From Candidatus Calditenuaceae archaeon HR02 (GTDB lineage: Archaea; Thermoproteota; Nitrososphaeria_A; Caldarchaeales; Calditenuaceae), in contig BEHE01000006.1 in the NCBI GenBank assembly GCA_002898395.1, positions 29,122 through 93,121 on the forward strand: a DNA stretch of 64,000 bases. Direction: 5' to 3'. The position numbers were made by a program, and so were the translations under genes. Under the pieces are notes generated by a model. The model was not told the DNA's origin, made no database searches, and saw only the letters and a program-made list of their open reading frames with translations. Within the stretch, counting starts at the first letter, position 1. The number at the start of each line of letters is the position of its first letter. Below, one piece after another: positions 9,936 through 19,472 of the stretch.

Positions 9936-11671
9936 ACACCCCTCAGCCTCCTACCTATAGGATACAAGAGCGGGCCAAGAGATAGATAAAGTAAGGCCTG
10001 CCATGCTAGCGGCCAATCAGCCGGGAAGCCCGAGGAGACAGGCATAGACCATCCTCGACCACTCGAACCCCCGCCAGTGACAGTAGTTGTGACAGTCACT
10101 GTAGTTGTCGTTGTTACGGTCACCACAACCGTAGATGTGGATGTCCTGGTGAGCGTTGTTGTCGTCGTATAGCGTGTAGAAGTGGACACGACCGTCTGAG
10201 TAATGGTGGGGCTATAGACAGTGACCGTGACCGGCACCGTGCGTGTTGCAGTAAGGGTGGCCGTGGCGGTATATGACGTCGTAGTGCGAGTGGTTATGCT
10301 TGTTACTGTTGTTACAGGCACGGTCGTTCTAGACGTTATTGTCCTAGTGGTTGTGGTCGTGGTGGATGGCGTAGTCCTTGTTATTGTGAGCGTAGTCGTG
10401 GTTGTGGTCGTAGTGGTTCTGGAGGGTATTCTATTGGTTATGGTCGTGGTTATTGTCCCTATTATAGTCTCGGTTACAGTCACAGTGGTTGTCGTCGTAG
10501 TTACTGGGGTGACATCACGCGTCCTCACGACTACCCAGCCTATGTCGAAGACGCTCACAGGCCTATCGAGAACAACGCTATACTGGTCTATGTAAAGTGC
10601 GAGGCTCCCAAGCTCAACCGAGACCCTCAATACACCCCTCGAGATAAGCACCCCGTTACAGTCATAGATCTCTACAGATAGCTCATAGTCCCCGTCCTCC
10701 CAGAACCCCACCGAGAGTATAACCTCGTCTATTCTCATCCTCTCCAAGTCTATCCGCATCTTGGAATAATCGACGTAGTTGCCGAAACTGTTTGGATAAC
10801 CCCAAGAGGCGGGAATGACTGTGAAGTCTGGCATAAGGGACTGGAATGTGAATGTTAGCGGCGGCTCCAATCCACTCCTATCAAGCGGTACATATATTTC
10901 CTGCGGGAGAGTGCCTGAGACACTTGAAACTCCTTGAGCCTCTACACCGTTCCTGTCTCTGACTACTACCCTGAAGTCGTAAGATGGTCTGGGGCTGCTA
11001 GCATTAAGCAGTCTAACCTTGACGAAGTCTGTTGTCCCCCCATAAATATTATCCTCCTTCGGGTCTATCAGCTCTATGAGTAGCCAATTCTCAGTCGGTA
11101 ACGTGCACCCACTAGACAGCCCATACTTAGGTGGTGAGGACTCAAATGTCGCGATCTTAAACAATAACACCTCATTGTCGGGCTTTGATAGGGCTGGATT
11201 GTTCGGGTCGTAGAGACGCTCCGGTATGTAATGGACTTGTACAAGGAGTCGGTCGCCCTCGCTACAGACTCCTGCGGGGCAGCGGAAAACTAACTGTCTT
11301 GTCTCGCCAACATCTAGACGCGCAATATCGTCTATTCCACTATCGTATACCACGGAGCCATTCTTGATGGTCAGAATCCGAAATACAACTATTGGCTCCC
11401 TCCCAGTATTCCTAACCATCATAACTCCCCTATCGGCAGAGCCATAGATTCTGTCAGGATAGTAGACATAGTCTGCACCGATATTCGAGCGCAGCACTAA
11501 TGCCTGATCTCCCACTTTCCTGACCTCTTCCTGACGCCACAGGCCCGCATGGCTGGATAAGAAGACCCATAGAGCTATACCCGCCGCGAGGACGATGCCG
11601 AGCACAAGCACGGTGGCAAGTATGTCGCTATATCCACGCCCACTTTTCCCCACGCGTCTACGCCTCCTCAA
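9917..11671 (-). CDS. pilin-like protein (family A) with Thr-rich stalk and C-terminal membrane anchor
   Basis: GRG|YSDILATVLVLGIVLAAGIALW signal; about 150-aa Thr-rich region; C-terminal TM plus basic tail. Confidence 0.75.
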   Translation of the reverse strand: MRRRRRVGKSGRGYSDILATVLVLGIVLAAGIALWVFLSSHAGLWRQEEVRKVGDQALVLRSNIGADYVYYPDRIYGSADRGVMMVRNTGREPIVVFRILTIKNGSVVYDSGIDDIARLDVGETRQLVFRCPAGVCSEGDRLLVQVHYIPERLYDPNNPALSKPDNEVLLFKIATFESSPPKYGLSSGCTLPTENWLLIELIDPKEDNIYGGTTDFVKVRLLNASSPRPSYDFRVVVRDRNGVEAQGVSSVSGTLPQEIYVPLDRSGLEPPLTFTFQSLMPDFTVIPASWGYPNSFGNYVDYSKMRIDLERMRIDEVILSVGFWEDGDYELSVEIYDCNGVLISRGVLRVSVELGSLALYIDQYSVVLDRPVSVFDIGWVVVRTRDVTPVTTTTTTVTVTETIIGTITTTITNRIPSRTTTTTTTTTLTITRTTPSTTTTTTRTITSRTTVPVTTVTSITTRTTTSYTATATLTATRTVPVTVTVYSPTITQTVVSTSTRYTTTTTLTRTSTSTVVVTVTTTTTVTVTTTVTGGGSSGRGWSMPVSSGFPADWPLAWQALLYLSLGPLLYPIGRRLRGVWSSIR

Positions 11672-12800
11672 CCCCTATCACTACGCGTTTTATGTCGGTG
11701 AGTGGTGTAGAGGGGATGTCTATGAACACTGAATCGGTGAATATTCCTACCGGAATGCGTACAGTTATGGACCTAGATAGGATTTGGGCCCCGTTGCAGT
11801 CATATAGTGTCACAGTCACTCTATAGTTGCCGCCTACGACGTCGTTTACCCCCAGCTCAACCTCTACTACGTTGACATTTTTATTGGCGTCTGACCAGAG
11901 AGTAACACCAGATGCGTGGGCTTTTCCAGGTATTCCACCGAACACCCACTCTTGCTGAAGAATAGTGTAATCTGCCGAGAGTACCCGCACTGTTAGGGGA
12001 ACTTGGAACCCGGCAAAGCTGCCGGCGAAGGGCTGTAAAACATTGCTTATAGTTGGGACTGTGTTTGTTGCGAAGCCGTACTCACCCGTCGCGTTGACAA
12101 CCTGTAGGTCGACGGTTGCCGTGCCACTTGACGAGGCAAATGGGAAGCGTACATAAACCCTGTTATTCGGCGATGGCGGAATCTTTCCAGAATCAGTGTA
12201 TGTGACCGGGTCAACGACATCAACCATCATCCAGTTCGGTGGTAGTGGGCAGCGGGCTGGCGCACCAACCGGCGGATGGACAAAGACGGACTCAACATAT
12301 CGCATCTCGTCCACCGAGATCATTGGGTTAGCATCGTCAAATAGGCTTGAGGCGACGTACCATATCCTCATCCGAAGGGTCTCAAAAGAAGTGCAAGAAC
12401 TGCAGGCGGGGACGACGCCACTGTCAAGCTCGATTGCCTGCTGCGGCTGAACCTCACCAATCCTTGTAAAACCGCTAGCGGGGTAAGAGGCCTTCAAAAC
12501 CCCAGACGGCGATACTATCTCTATCCTAGTAATTGTGATAGGCACATCGGCTATATTCCTAACAGTAACGTTCCTCACAACGCCTGTATAGAATACCCTT
12601 TCAAAGTTGAGCTGCGCGGAGGTCTTAACCAGCAGTACGGCCCTATTCGCCTCGCTGGTTGATGACTGGAGCGATACCCCTAGCCACCCTGTAGCGACGG
12701 CTAAAATGAATACCCCAGCCCCCACCGTGAGGGCTGTCAGTAGTATGGCTCCGATGACAGTATCGCCCCTCCTCCTAAAGCGCCTCCCACGGCGGGTCAA
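11658..12800 (-). CDS. pilin-like protein (family A)
   Basis: RRRG|DTVIGAILLTALTVGAGVFIL signal; shares C.LP.NW and YDCNG motifs with the 9917 ORF. Confidence 0.75.
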   Translation of the reverse strand: MTRRGRRFRRRGDTVIGAILLTALTVGAGVFILAVATGWLGVSLQSSTSEANRAVLLVKTSAQLNFERVFYTGVVRNVTVRNIADVPITITRIEIVSPSGVLKASYPASGFTRIGEVQPQQAIELDSGVVPACSSCTSFETLRMRIWYVASSLFDDANPMISVDEMRYVESVFVHPPVGAPARCPLPPNWMMVDVVDPVTYTDSGKIPPSPNNRVYVRFPFASSSGTATVDLQVVNATGEYGFATNTVPTISNVLQPFAGSFAGFQVPLTVRVLSADYTILQQEWVFGGIPGKAHASGVTLWSDANKNVNVVEVELGVNDVVGGNYRVTVTLYDCNGAQILSRSITVRIPVGIFTDSVFIDIPSTPLTDIKRVVIGVEEA

Positions 12801-13001
12801 GCGTTAACTACCCTACTTCAGCAGGGTGAGTTATATATGCATTTTTAGTAGGTTCTGGTTGGCCGTTTGGAAGTTGATAATCAGATTTACCGACTTGTTA
12901 AACGAGGTGGAGAGGGTTTAGGTTTTTTAATAGTGTTTGGCCACGAAGTCTGAGAAATTCTTAATATACCTCTCCTGAGGACTAACCTCATAGATGGACT
13001 G

Positions 13002-14654
13002 ATGGGTATCCCCAAAATTCTTAGACCGCTTGTTCTACCCACCATAATAGTACTTACGGTATCGTTTGTGTCGTGGTTCATCGGAGGAGAGCCACTTAGT
13101 GTTTTAATCGGCCGGGTTTTAACCCTTGAAGGGGATGTAGGAAACTATATTGCACATGTTCTCGCGGGTTTGTTGATTGGGGCGATAAACGCTCTAATCC
13201 TGTATAGGATTATCCGGGTTTGGATTGTTTATTATGTGGGGGCGATCGCTGGCTGGGGCTTGGCTCTGGTGGCGATTATGTTGACTAATCCTCTAGCTCC
13301 ACCATTCATTCTACAATGGGCTACAGGCCTCGTGGCGTTCATAGCCATACTCGCCGGGCTTTTGTGGCTGCTATCCGGCGGGATTGTAAAGTCTCCATTA
13401 GAACGGGTACGGGTTGGCGGGCAGGCTGCCCAGAGGACTAAACCGTTGCAAACACCGCCTACACCTGTAACGGAAAAACAAGAGCCCGCGACTCAGACAC
13501 CAAAAGAGACACAAGCAGCACCTCAGGCCGTCTCCCCCGCACAACCACAGCCAACTCCCAAAGTCGAGCCGTCACCACCTCAGCCAACAACGCCACCTCC
13601 ACCCCCATCTCAAACGACACAGACATTTTCAGCACAGCCCACACAACCAGCTATTCCACCACCCCCACCGGAGCCCGCACGGAGCATAGACGAGGTCGAG
13701 GAAGCGCTGATGGATATTATCGCCGAGGAGGGGGTCACGGAGATTGTCCCACTTCCCAACAATACTTCGCCGGAGGGCGGCTCCTACCCAGACTTAGAGT
13801 CGATGCTAAGTGTAGACACGACAATGCTTCTCCGAGCCATAAGAAGGCTCATAGACAAGAACGTCGTTAAGATAGTGGGGGTGGAGTTTAAGAAGGTGGC
13901 CTGCCCCCACTGCCAGAGCGCACTAAACATTTTAACACTTAGCTGTAGGGCGTGCGGTTCAACGAACATTGGCCGGCAGAGAATACTACAACACGAGGCC
14001 TGCGGATATCTTGGGCCTGAGGATAGCTTCACCGTTGGGGGCCGAACCATATGTCCGCGCTGCGGTAGCAGTGTCAAAATATTGAGAGGGCCGCTCGAGG
14101 AGGAGCAGGAGCAGGTGCTTAAGGTGCATTCAAGCTTCTTCATCTGCTACGACTGCAACGAGGTCAGCCCCGACCCACATATCTCCTTCAGATGCCTCAC
14201 ATGCGGACTAGACTACGACCTAGCCAGCTTCGAGTTCAAGACATTCTACAGATATGCCGTCAACCCGGAGGTGATAAGTGGGTTACAGGAGCAGAAGCGG
14301 CCTCTTAGAATGATCGCAAACGAGCTCATGAGGCAGGGATACGAGGTCCAGCTCGCTGCCAGGATTACAGGAGCCTCCAAGGTCAAGCATAAGGTCGACC
14401 TAATTTACAGCCGGCTAGGACAGCCCAAGGGTGCCGTCTTTCTATTCACCGATAAGGGAGGGTCAAAGATTCACGACGTGATGAAGATAATAGTCATGAA
14501 GGCTGACACCAAGATCGATAACATTAAGATACTATGCCTCGGGCAGCTGGACAGCGACTCGAGGAGGCTTGCCGAGCTCTACAACATATCGATAATCGAG
14601 AACGTCGCGTCGATGAACCTAGAGACCGAGGTTATACCGCGCCTAGTCTCCTGA
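13002..14654 (+). CDS. membrane protein with Pro-rich linker, TackOD1-like multi-Cys Zn-ribbon and C-terminal PD-(D/E)XK-like domain
   Basis: 4 TM, P/Q/T-rich linker, CPHC..CRAC..HEAC..CPRC..CYDC..CLTC, then GASKVKHKVDL. Confidence 0.7.
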   Translation: MGIPKILRPLVLPTIIVLTVSFVSWFIGGEPLSVLIGRVLTLEGDVGNYIAHVLAGLLIGAINALILYRIIRVWIVYYVGAIAGWGLALVAIMLTNPLAPPFILQWATGLVAFIAILAGLLWLLSGGIVKSPLERVRVGGQAAQRTKPLQTPPTPVTEKQEPATQTPKETQAAPQAVSPAQPQPTPKVEPSPPQPTTPPPPPSQTTQTFSAQPTQPAIPPPPPEPARSIDEVEEALMDIIAEEGVTEIVPLPNNTSPEGGSYPDLESMLSVDTTMLLRAIRRLIDKNVVKIVGVEFKKVACPHCQSALNILTLSCRACGSTNIGRQRILQHEACGYLGPEDSFTVGGRTICPRCGSSVKILRGPLEEEQEQVLKVHSSFFICYDCNEVSPDPHISFRCLTCGLDYDLASFEFKTFYRYAVNPEVISGLQEQKRPLRMIANELMRQGYEVQLAARITGASKVKHKVDLIYSRLGQPKGAVFLFTDKGGSKIHDVMKIIVMKADTKIDNIKILCLGQLDSDSRRLAELYNISIIENVASMNLETEVIPRLVS

Positions 14655-14683
14655 TAGCTGGTAGAACATGCGGCCGGTGTGGC

Positions 14684-15256
14684 TTAAAGTTTAGATTCCA
14701 GCCCATCCTTCCACAGCTCGTAACACCTTATCTCCTCGAAGAATAGTCGTTTCGACGCGATGTGCCTCAGGCTCAAGCCTTTCGCCGTTGCATGCCTCGT
14801 GATAGCTTCGACGTTTCCGAGGGTTGATGTTATAAGCACTAGTTTTGCCCCGGCTTCCAAGAACTCTTCCGACCCGTCTATTAGGCTGATCGCGAACTCT
14901 GCCCCGGTCTGTCCACCCTCGGTTGTGATGTCTGAGGTGTTTTCGCTCGGTAGGTAGGGTGGGTTTGAGGCTATCAGGCTTATCCTGCTGGATGGGCGCA
15001 GTGGGCTGAGCTTGTCGCCCACTATTACATGGACGAGGCTTGGGAGGTGTGAACAGTTCTCGAGGGTACTCCTGGCGGCTGCCTCACTTATTTCAATGGC
15101 TACAACCTCGACGCCCCTCTCCGCTATATGCCTGGATACCACGCCACTCCCACTTCCAACCTCCACAACAACTCCTCCAAATGTTAGGCCTGAGATGCAG
15201 TCAATTAGGAGCCAAGTATCTTCTGCAGGCTGATATACTGGGGGTTCGGAGCCCAT
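14684..15256 (-). CDS. HemK2/MTQ2-family protein methyltransferase
   Basis: VYQPAEDTWLL, EVGSGSG, NPPYLP, C-terminal LFFEEI. Confidence 0.9.
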   Translation of the reverse strand: MGSEPPVYQPAEDTWLLIDCISGLTFGGVVVEVGSGSGVVSRHIAERGVEVVAIEISEAAARSTLENCSHLPSLVHVIVGDKLSPLRPSSRISLIASNPPYLPSENTSDITTEGGQTGAEFAISLIDGSEEFLEAGAKLVLITSTLGNVEAITRHATAKGLSLRHIASKRLFFEEIRCYELWKDGLESKL

Positions 15257-15835
15257 ACCCCGCCATTATAATCTCGGTTAGGTATAAGCTTAGAAGGCCG
15301 ATGAATGCAGCTCTTGCAGCCCTTATTATATACAGGTCGCGGGACGAGGCGACAGGTGGGCGGCCGTACTCACGTATCAATCCCCCTCCTAATCCTCGCA
15401 GCACCCCTACTATCACAGGAGTGGTCTGACACCCACACCATAGCGTCGCTCTTCTTTCCAGACCTCCAGACACTACTGGAGGCGCTTCTCTCAGTAACGG
15501 GCCTCTGCCTAGTCTTCTCACTCCTATTCACATGCTTGACCGTTCGTGGAGCGGCAAGCCGGCCTCGTCTTGAAGAAGACTCAATTTAAATGAGCTACAA
15601 TCCCACTCGGTCACAATCACGACATCTAAAGCTTGCTCAGCAAACCCAGTATGAAGCACTCAATCGCCCACCTATGATTCTCCTCAGACACAGCGATGGG
15701 ACAGAGTGTGTCGAAAAAATCCTTCGACCGTCGCCAAGATTGTTATTGTGTTTTATAAATTGGGGTGGGCGTGTTACCGCTCCTTACAAACAACTGTGTC
15801 GCACACCATATAAAAGGGGTTAATGGACGAATGAA

Positions 15836-15969
15836 TTTTCGACACCTATGTGGGGCCTTTTCTCCTATTTAAGGCATACACCTATCCGCTCTCCGTGAGC
15901 ACTATGCTACGCCACCAGGCCCCACAATCACGCTCCCGTGCTCTAGGCGCAGTCGAAAAGACGTGCTAG
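15836..15969 (-). ncRNA. candidate IS110 bridge/seek-type structured RNA in the 3' non-coding end
   Basis: Nested inverted repeats ttttcgac/gtcgaaaa, tgtggggcct/aggccccaca, gcata/tatgc, gctc/gagc directly after the transposase stop. Confidence 0.45.
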
Positions 15970-16972
15970 TTATTGGGCCTGAGCACGATTCATGAAGGGC
16001 TTCCTATCCCTGAGCATGGCGTATACGCACCTAAGCAGCCTCCTGGCTAGAGCTACTGTTGCTACCCTCTCCTCTCTCCTGCTCGCTATCCTGTGATAGG
16101 CCCTAGTGAGGTGCGTGTCGTACCTCCTGTGTACGTGTGCAACCTCGACCATTATCCACCTAAGCCACCTAGAGCCCTCCCTAGTTATGCTCCCCCTCCT
16201 CACCCCACCACCACTACTCCTCTCAGAGGGGACTAGACCAGCGTAGCTGCATAGATGACCAGCGTCAGGGAACCTAGAGACGTCACCAATCCCGGCCTTG
16301 ATCATGATGGCAGAGTACAACCCAACCCCTGGAATCGTCATCAAAAGCTTTACATCCTCATCACTAGAATATCTATCGAGCTCTTTGGATAAGATCTCTA
16401 TCTCACTGTTCAGGCTATCGATTATCCTCAGGTACTGCTGTATTGATTCTAAGTTTAGTGACCTAAGCCACTCCACGCCTCTCTTGGTGAACAGCTTCAG
16501 ATCGATTGGAGTCTCTATCCCCTCATAGGCTAGAGTAGCTACTATCCTGTTCTTCACCCTAGTCCTCATCCTCACCAGGAAGGCCCTCCTCCCCACTAGC
16601 TCCCTCATCCAAGCCATCTCTCCCTCAGGTATGTAAGACATGGGCAAGGCTCCCAGCCTAGCAAGATCAGCCAGACACTTAGAATCACCCCTATCACTCT
16701 TGATCACTCTTGAGCCTATTCTCAGCTATGAGCCTAGTCTTCTTCGGATGCGCTACTACGACCCTGAAACCATCAGACCTAAGTCTATTGCAGAGGGGGT
16801 GTACGTAGGTAGAGGACTCTATCGCGACCAGAGACACCCTACTCCCAGACAGGAACGACCCTAGCTCATCCCTCGATATCCTCCTAGAATCGACTATATT
16901 CCCGAACCAGTCGATCACAGTAGCCTCGCACCATGCCTTATGCACGTCCAGACCACAGATGAGGCCGCTCAT
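15970..16972 (-). mobile_element. IS110-family transposase, frameshifted
   Basis: GLDVHK (DEDD), KSDR.DS..LA.L, LMTIPGVG, RFPDAGHLCSYAGLVPSERSSGG; split into two ORFs by a 10-bp tandem duplication at 16693-16712. Confidence 0.9.
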
Positions 16973-17097
16973 ACCATGCCCTGAGCAGCCCTTAGAGTTA
17001 AGCCTAACCCCACATCGCATCACGCCCGTAGACAACGTTATCATTTTAGCCTGCGAGTGTGTTTATAGTTTAGGAGACAGTGCAAGGATTTTTCCAT

Positions 17098-17394
17098 TTA
17101 GGTTTTGGTCTGAGCTTCAATCAGCTTTGCTAATGCGTTCCATAGCGGCTTCATATCTTCCCTAAAGCTTCTTATCTCAGTTGTTAGCGTGTCAAGGCGC
17201 TTATTCATCTCCTCAAACCCCAGCCTCACGGCCTCTTCTGTCCTAGAAGTTCTGGCCCTTAAGTCGTAGAGGAGTAAAAGCGTTAAGTCTTGAGCTGTAA
17301 GCCTTCTCTTCCCAGTCCTCTCCAACAACTCCCTAACTCCCTTCTCAATTAAAGCGTCTACCGCAGCAGAAGCAACTTTCTCAACCATTCTCAA
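17098..17394 (-). CDS. small hypothetical coiled-coil protein
   Basis: 98-aa ORF with heptad pattern; TATA-like tttatata upstream near 17415. Confidence 0.6.
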   Translation of the reverse strand: MRMVEKVASAAVDALIEKGVRELLERTGKRRLTAQDLTLLLLYDLRARTSRTEEAVRLGFEEMNKRLDTLTTEIRSFREDMKPLWNALAKLIEAQTKT

Positions 17395-17442
17395 ATAATA
17401 ATGAAAACTGATCTATATAAACACCCCCTAACAGGAAAGGAT

Positions 17443-17800
17443 AGTGTCCAGATAAGCATCCTTAAACCAAACCCCTCCGTTCCTCATCGCATGATAGTAT
17501 ATTGCGAAAAGGTTCAGGAAGAGGTTAGGTTCTTTATTGCCTGCACGTAGTTTCTTGCGCTTAGCTTGTTGTGGAATACCGCTGTCCTCTATTTTAGGTA
17601 TCTGAAGAGCCTCTCAACCCTGTTCCTCATACCGAACCTCTGGTGCTCGCACTCAAGGAGATTCCTAAGACCTAGGAGTACCTGTCATAGATGGCGAGAA
17701 CTTCCCAGTCTCTATCGCGGCTGGTTGAAGCCTACTGTTAACCATTCTCTGCTTGACTATGATATCCGCCCGCGTAGAGGCCCTCCAGGCAAACGCAGTA
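17443..17800 (-). pseudogene. IS6-family transposase 3' remnant
   Basis: Minus-strand translation LECEHQRFGMRNRVERLFRYLK*RTAVFHN...LFAIYYHAMR; end sequence gtgtccagataagcat. Confidence 0.75.
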
Positions 17801-17913
17801 TTATGTGTGGGCCGGGCTTTAGAGCCCTACTTTCGAGGGAGCGTGTCGTGTTGCGTAAAAATTATAAGCTGGCCTCTAGAGAATTCCTTGACCGTAGCAG
17901 GTGATTAGAGGTC

Positions 17914-18807
17914 ATGTATCCTAGAAAGTTTAGCTATGTGGCTCCTAGCAGGGTTGAAGAGGTTTTGAGACTGCTTAAAAGATACGGAGACGAGGCGAAA
18001 CTTCTCGCCGGGGGCCATAGCCTCCTGCCCATGATGAAGCTTAGGATAATCGGGCCCCGCGTGGTTATAGACTTGAAAAACCTGAGGGAAAGGCTATCCT
18101 ATATCAGAGACGGAGCTAGGGCGGTGAGGATAGGCGCACTAACAACCCACGCCGAGATCGAGCTCTCCGACATGCTCAGGCGCGAGATCCCACTCCTCCC
18201 CGAGACAGCTAGATTGATTGGCGACATGCAGGTGAGGAACATGGGGACTGTTGGCGGGTCAATAACCCATGCGGACCCCTCAGCAGACTGGCCGGTGGCT
18301 ATGCTAGCCCTCAACGCGACATTCACGGTTCAGGGAGCGCGTAAGAGGCTGGTCCCGGCCTCGAAGTTCTTTAAAGGCCCGTTTACCACTGCTCTCAAGC
18401 CCACGGAGCTTCTAATGGAGATAACGATACCTAAGCCGCCGAAGGGGCATGGATGGTCTTGGCAGAAGTTTGAGAGGAAGGCGGGAGACTTCGCTACGGT
18501 GAACGTTGCGGTGATAGCTATTCCAGACGGAAAGAGTAGGGTCAAGGACGTCTCAATCGCGGTGGGCTCGGTGAACCCTGTTCCCTACAGGGCTACTGGT
18601 GCTGAGAAGATGCTTCGAGGAAAGAGGCCCGATGCTGAGCTTTTGAAGTCTACGGCCGAGGCGGCGGCCGAGCCTGCTGAGCCGACCAGCGACCTACGTG
18701 GTTCGGCGGAGTACAAGAAGTGGCTGACCAAGGTGATGGTTAGGAGGGCTCTTGAAGAGGCTTTAAGCAGGGCTGGCATACCTGTGGAGGTGGTTCAGCA
18801 TGCCTAG
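17914..18807 (+). CDS. coxM: xanthine dehydrogenase / aerobic CO dehydrogenase family FAD-binding (medium) subunit
   Basis: [41 protein letters not shown]. Confidence 0.9.
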   Translation: MYPRKFSYVAPSRVEEVLRLLKRYGDEAKLLAGGHSLLPMMKLRIIGPRVVIDLKNLRERLSYIRDGARAVRIGALTTHAEIELSDMLRREIPLLPETARLIGDMQVRNMGTVGGSITHADPSADWPVAMLALNATFTVQGARKRLVPASKFFKGPFTTALKPTELLMEITIPKPPKGHGWSWQKFERKAGDFATVNVAVIAIPDGKSRVKDVSIAVGSVNPVPYRATGAEKMLRGKRPDAELLKSTAEAAAEPAEPTSDLRGSAEYKKWLTKVMVRRALEEALSRAGIPVEVVQHA

Positions 18808-19354
18808 GCGTAGGACCCAGAGGCCGAGGCCGGCGGCCGAGCCGGCCCAGGACATGGTGTCTGTGAGGGTGAGGATTAACGGTGTAGAGTATTCCCACGT
18901 GGTTGAACCAAGGCTCCTCTTGGTCAACTATATCAGGGATGTTGTGGGTCTTACGGGGACGCATGTGGGTTGCGACACGTCGCACTGCGGCGCGTGCACA
19001 GTGCTGGTGAAGGGTCTGTGGGGTGATGGCTGGATGGCCGTCAAGTCATGCACCCTTCTAGCCGCACAGGTTGACGGGAAGGAGATACTGACGATAGAGG
19101 GGCTCGCCAAGAATGGTGAGCTTCACCCACTCCAGAGGGCCTTCTGGGAGAACCACGGCCTCCAATGCGGCTTCTGCACCCCGGGCATGATAATGGCAGC
19201 CCTCGGCCTACTCCTTAGAAACCCCAACCCCACCAGGGAGGAGATCAAATGGGGCATTAGCGGAAACCTCTGCAGATGCACAGGATACGTCAACATAATA
19301 AAGTCGATAGAGGACGCAGCCAAGGAGATGCGGGAAAAAGGAGTAACCATATAG
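18800..19354 (+). CDS. coxS: 2Fe-2S (small) subunit of CO/xanthine dehydrogenase family
   Basis: [29 protein letters not shown]. Confidence 0.92.
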   Translation: MPRRRTQRPRPAAEPAQDMVSVRVRINGVEYSHVVEPRLLLVNYIRDVVGLTGTHVGCDTSHCGACTVLVKGLWGDGWMAVKSCTLLAAQVDGKEILTIEGLAKNGELHPLQRAFWENHGLQCGFCTPGMIMAALGLLLRNPNPTREEIKWGISGNLCRCTGYVNIIKSIEDAAKEMREKGVTI

Positions 19355-19472
19355 CTGCCGATACACTACACAGGTGCGCTCAGCCCATACCAGCCTAAGA
19401 TCTACTACACCTCATTGTCGCCGACGCACCTATAAAAATTGGGCAATTACCTAAGTCTCTGAGCATCCGGAG

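Noticed and set aside
9405-10600. Thr tracts as DNA tandem repeats or Val-rich + strand ORFs
   Set aside because: Codons are mixed with no repeat unit; the Val-rich ORFs are antisense shadows
15201-15823. Short ORFs between the methyltransferase and IS110
   Set aside because: Competing frames, no recognisable motif; cannot support any as a gene
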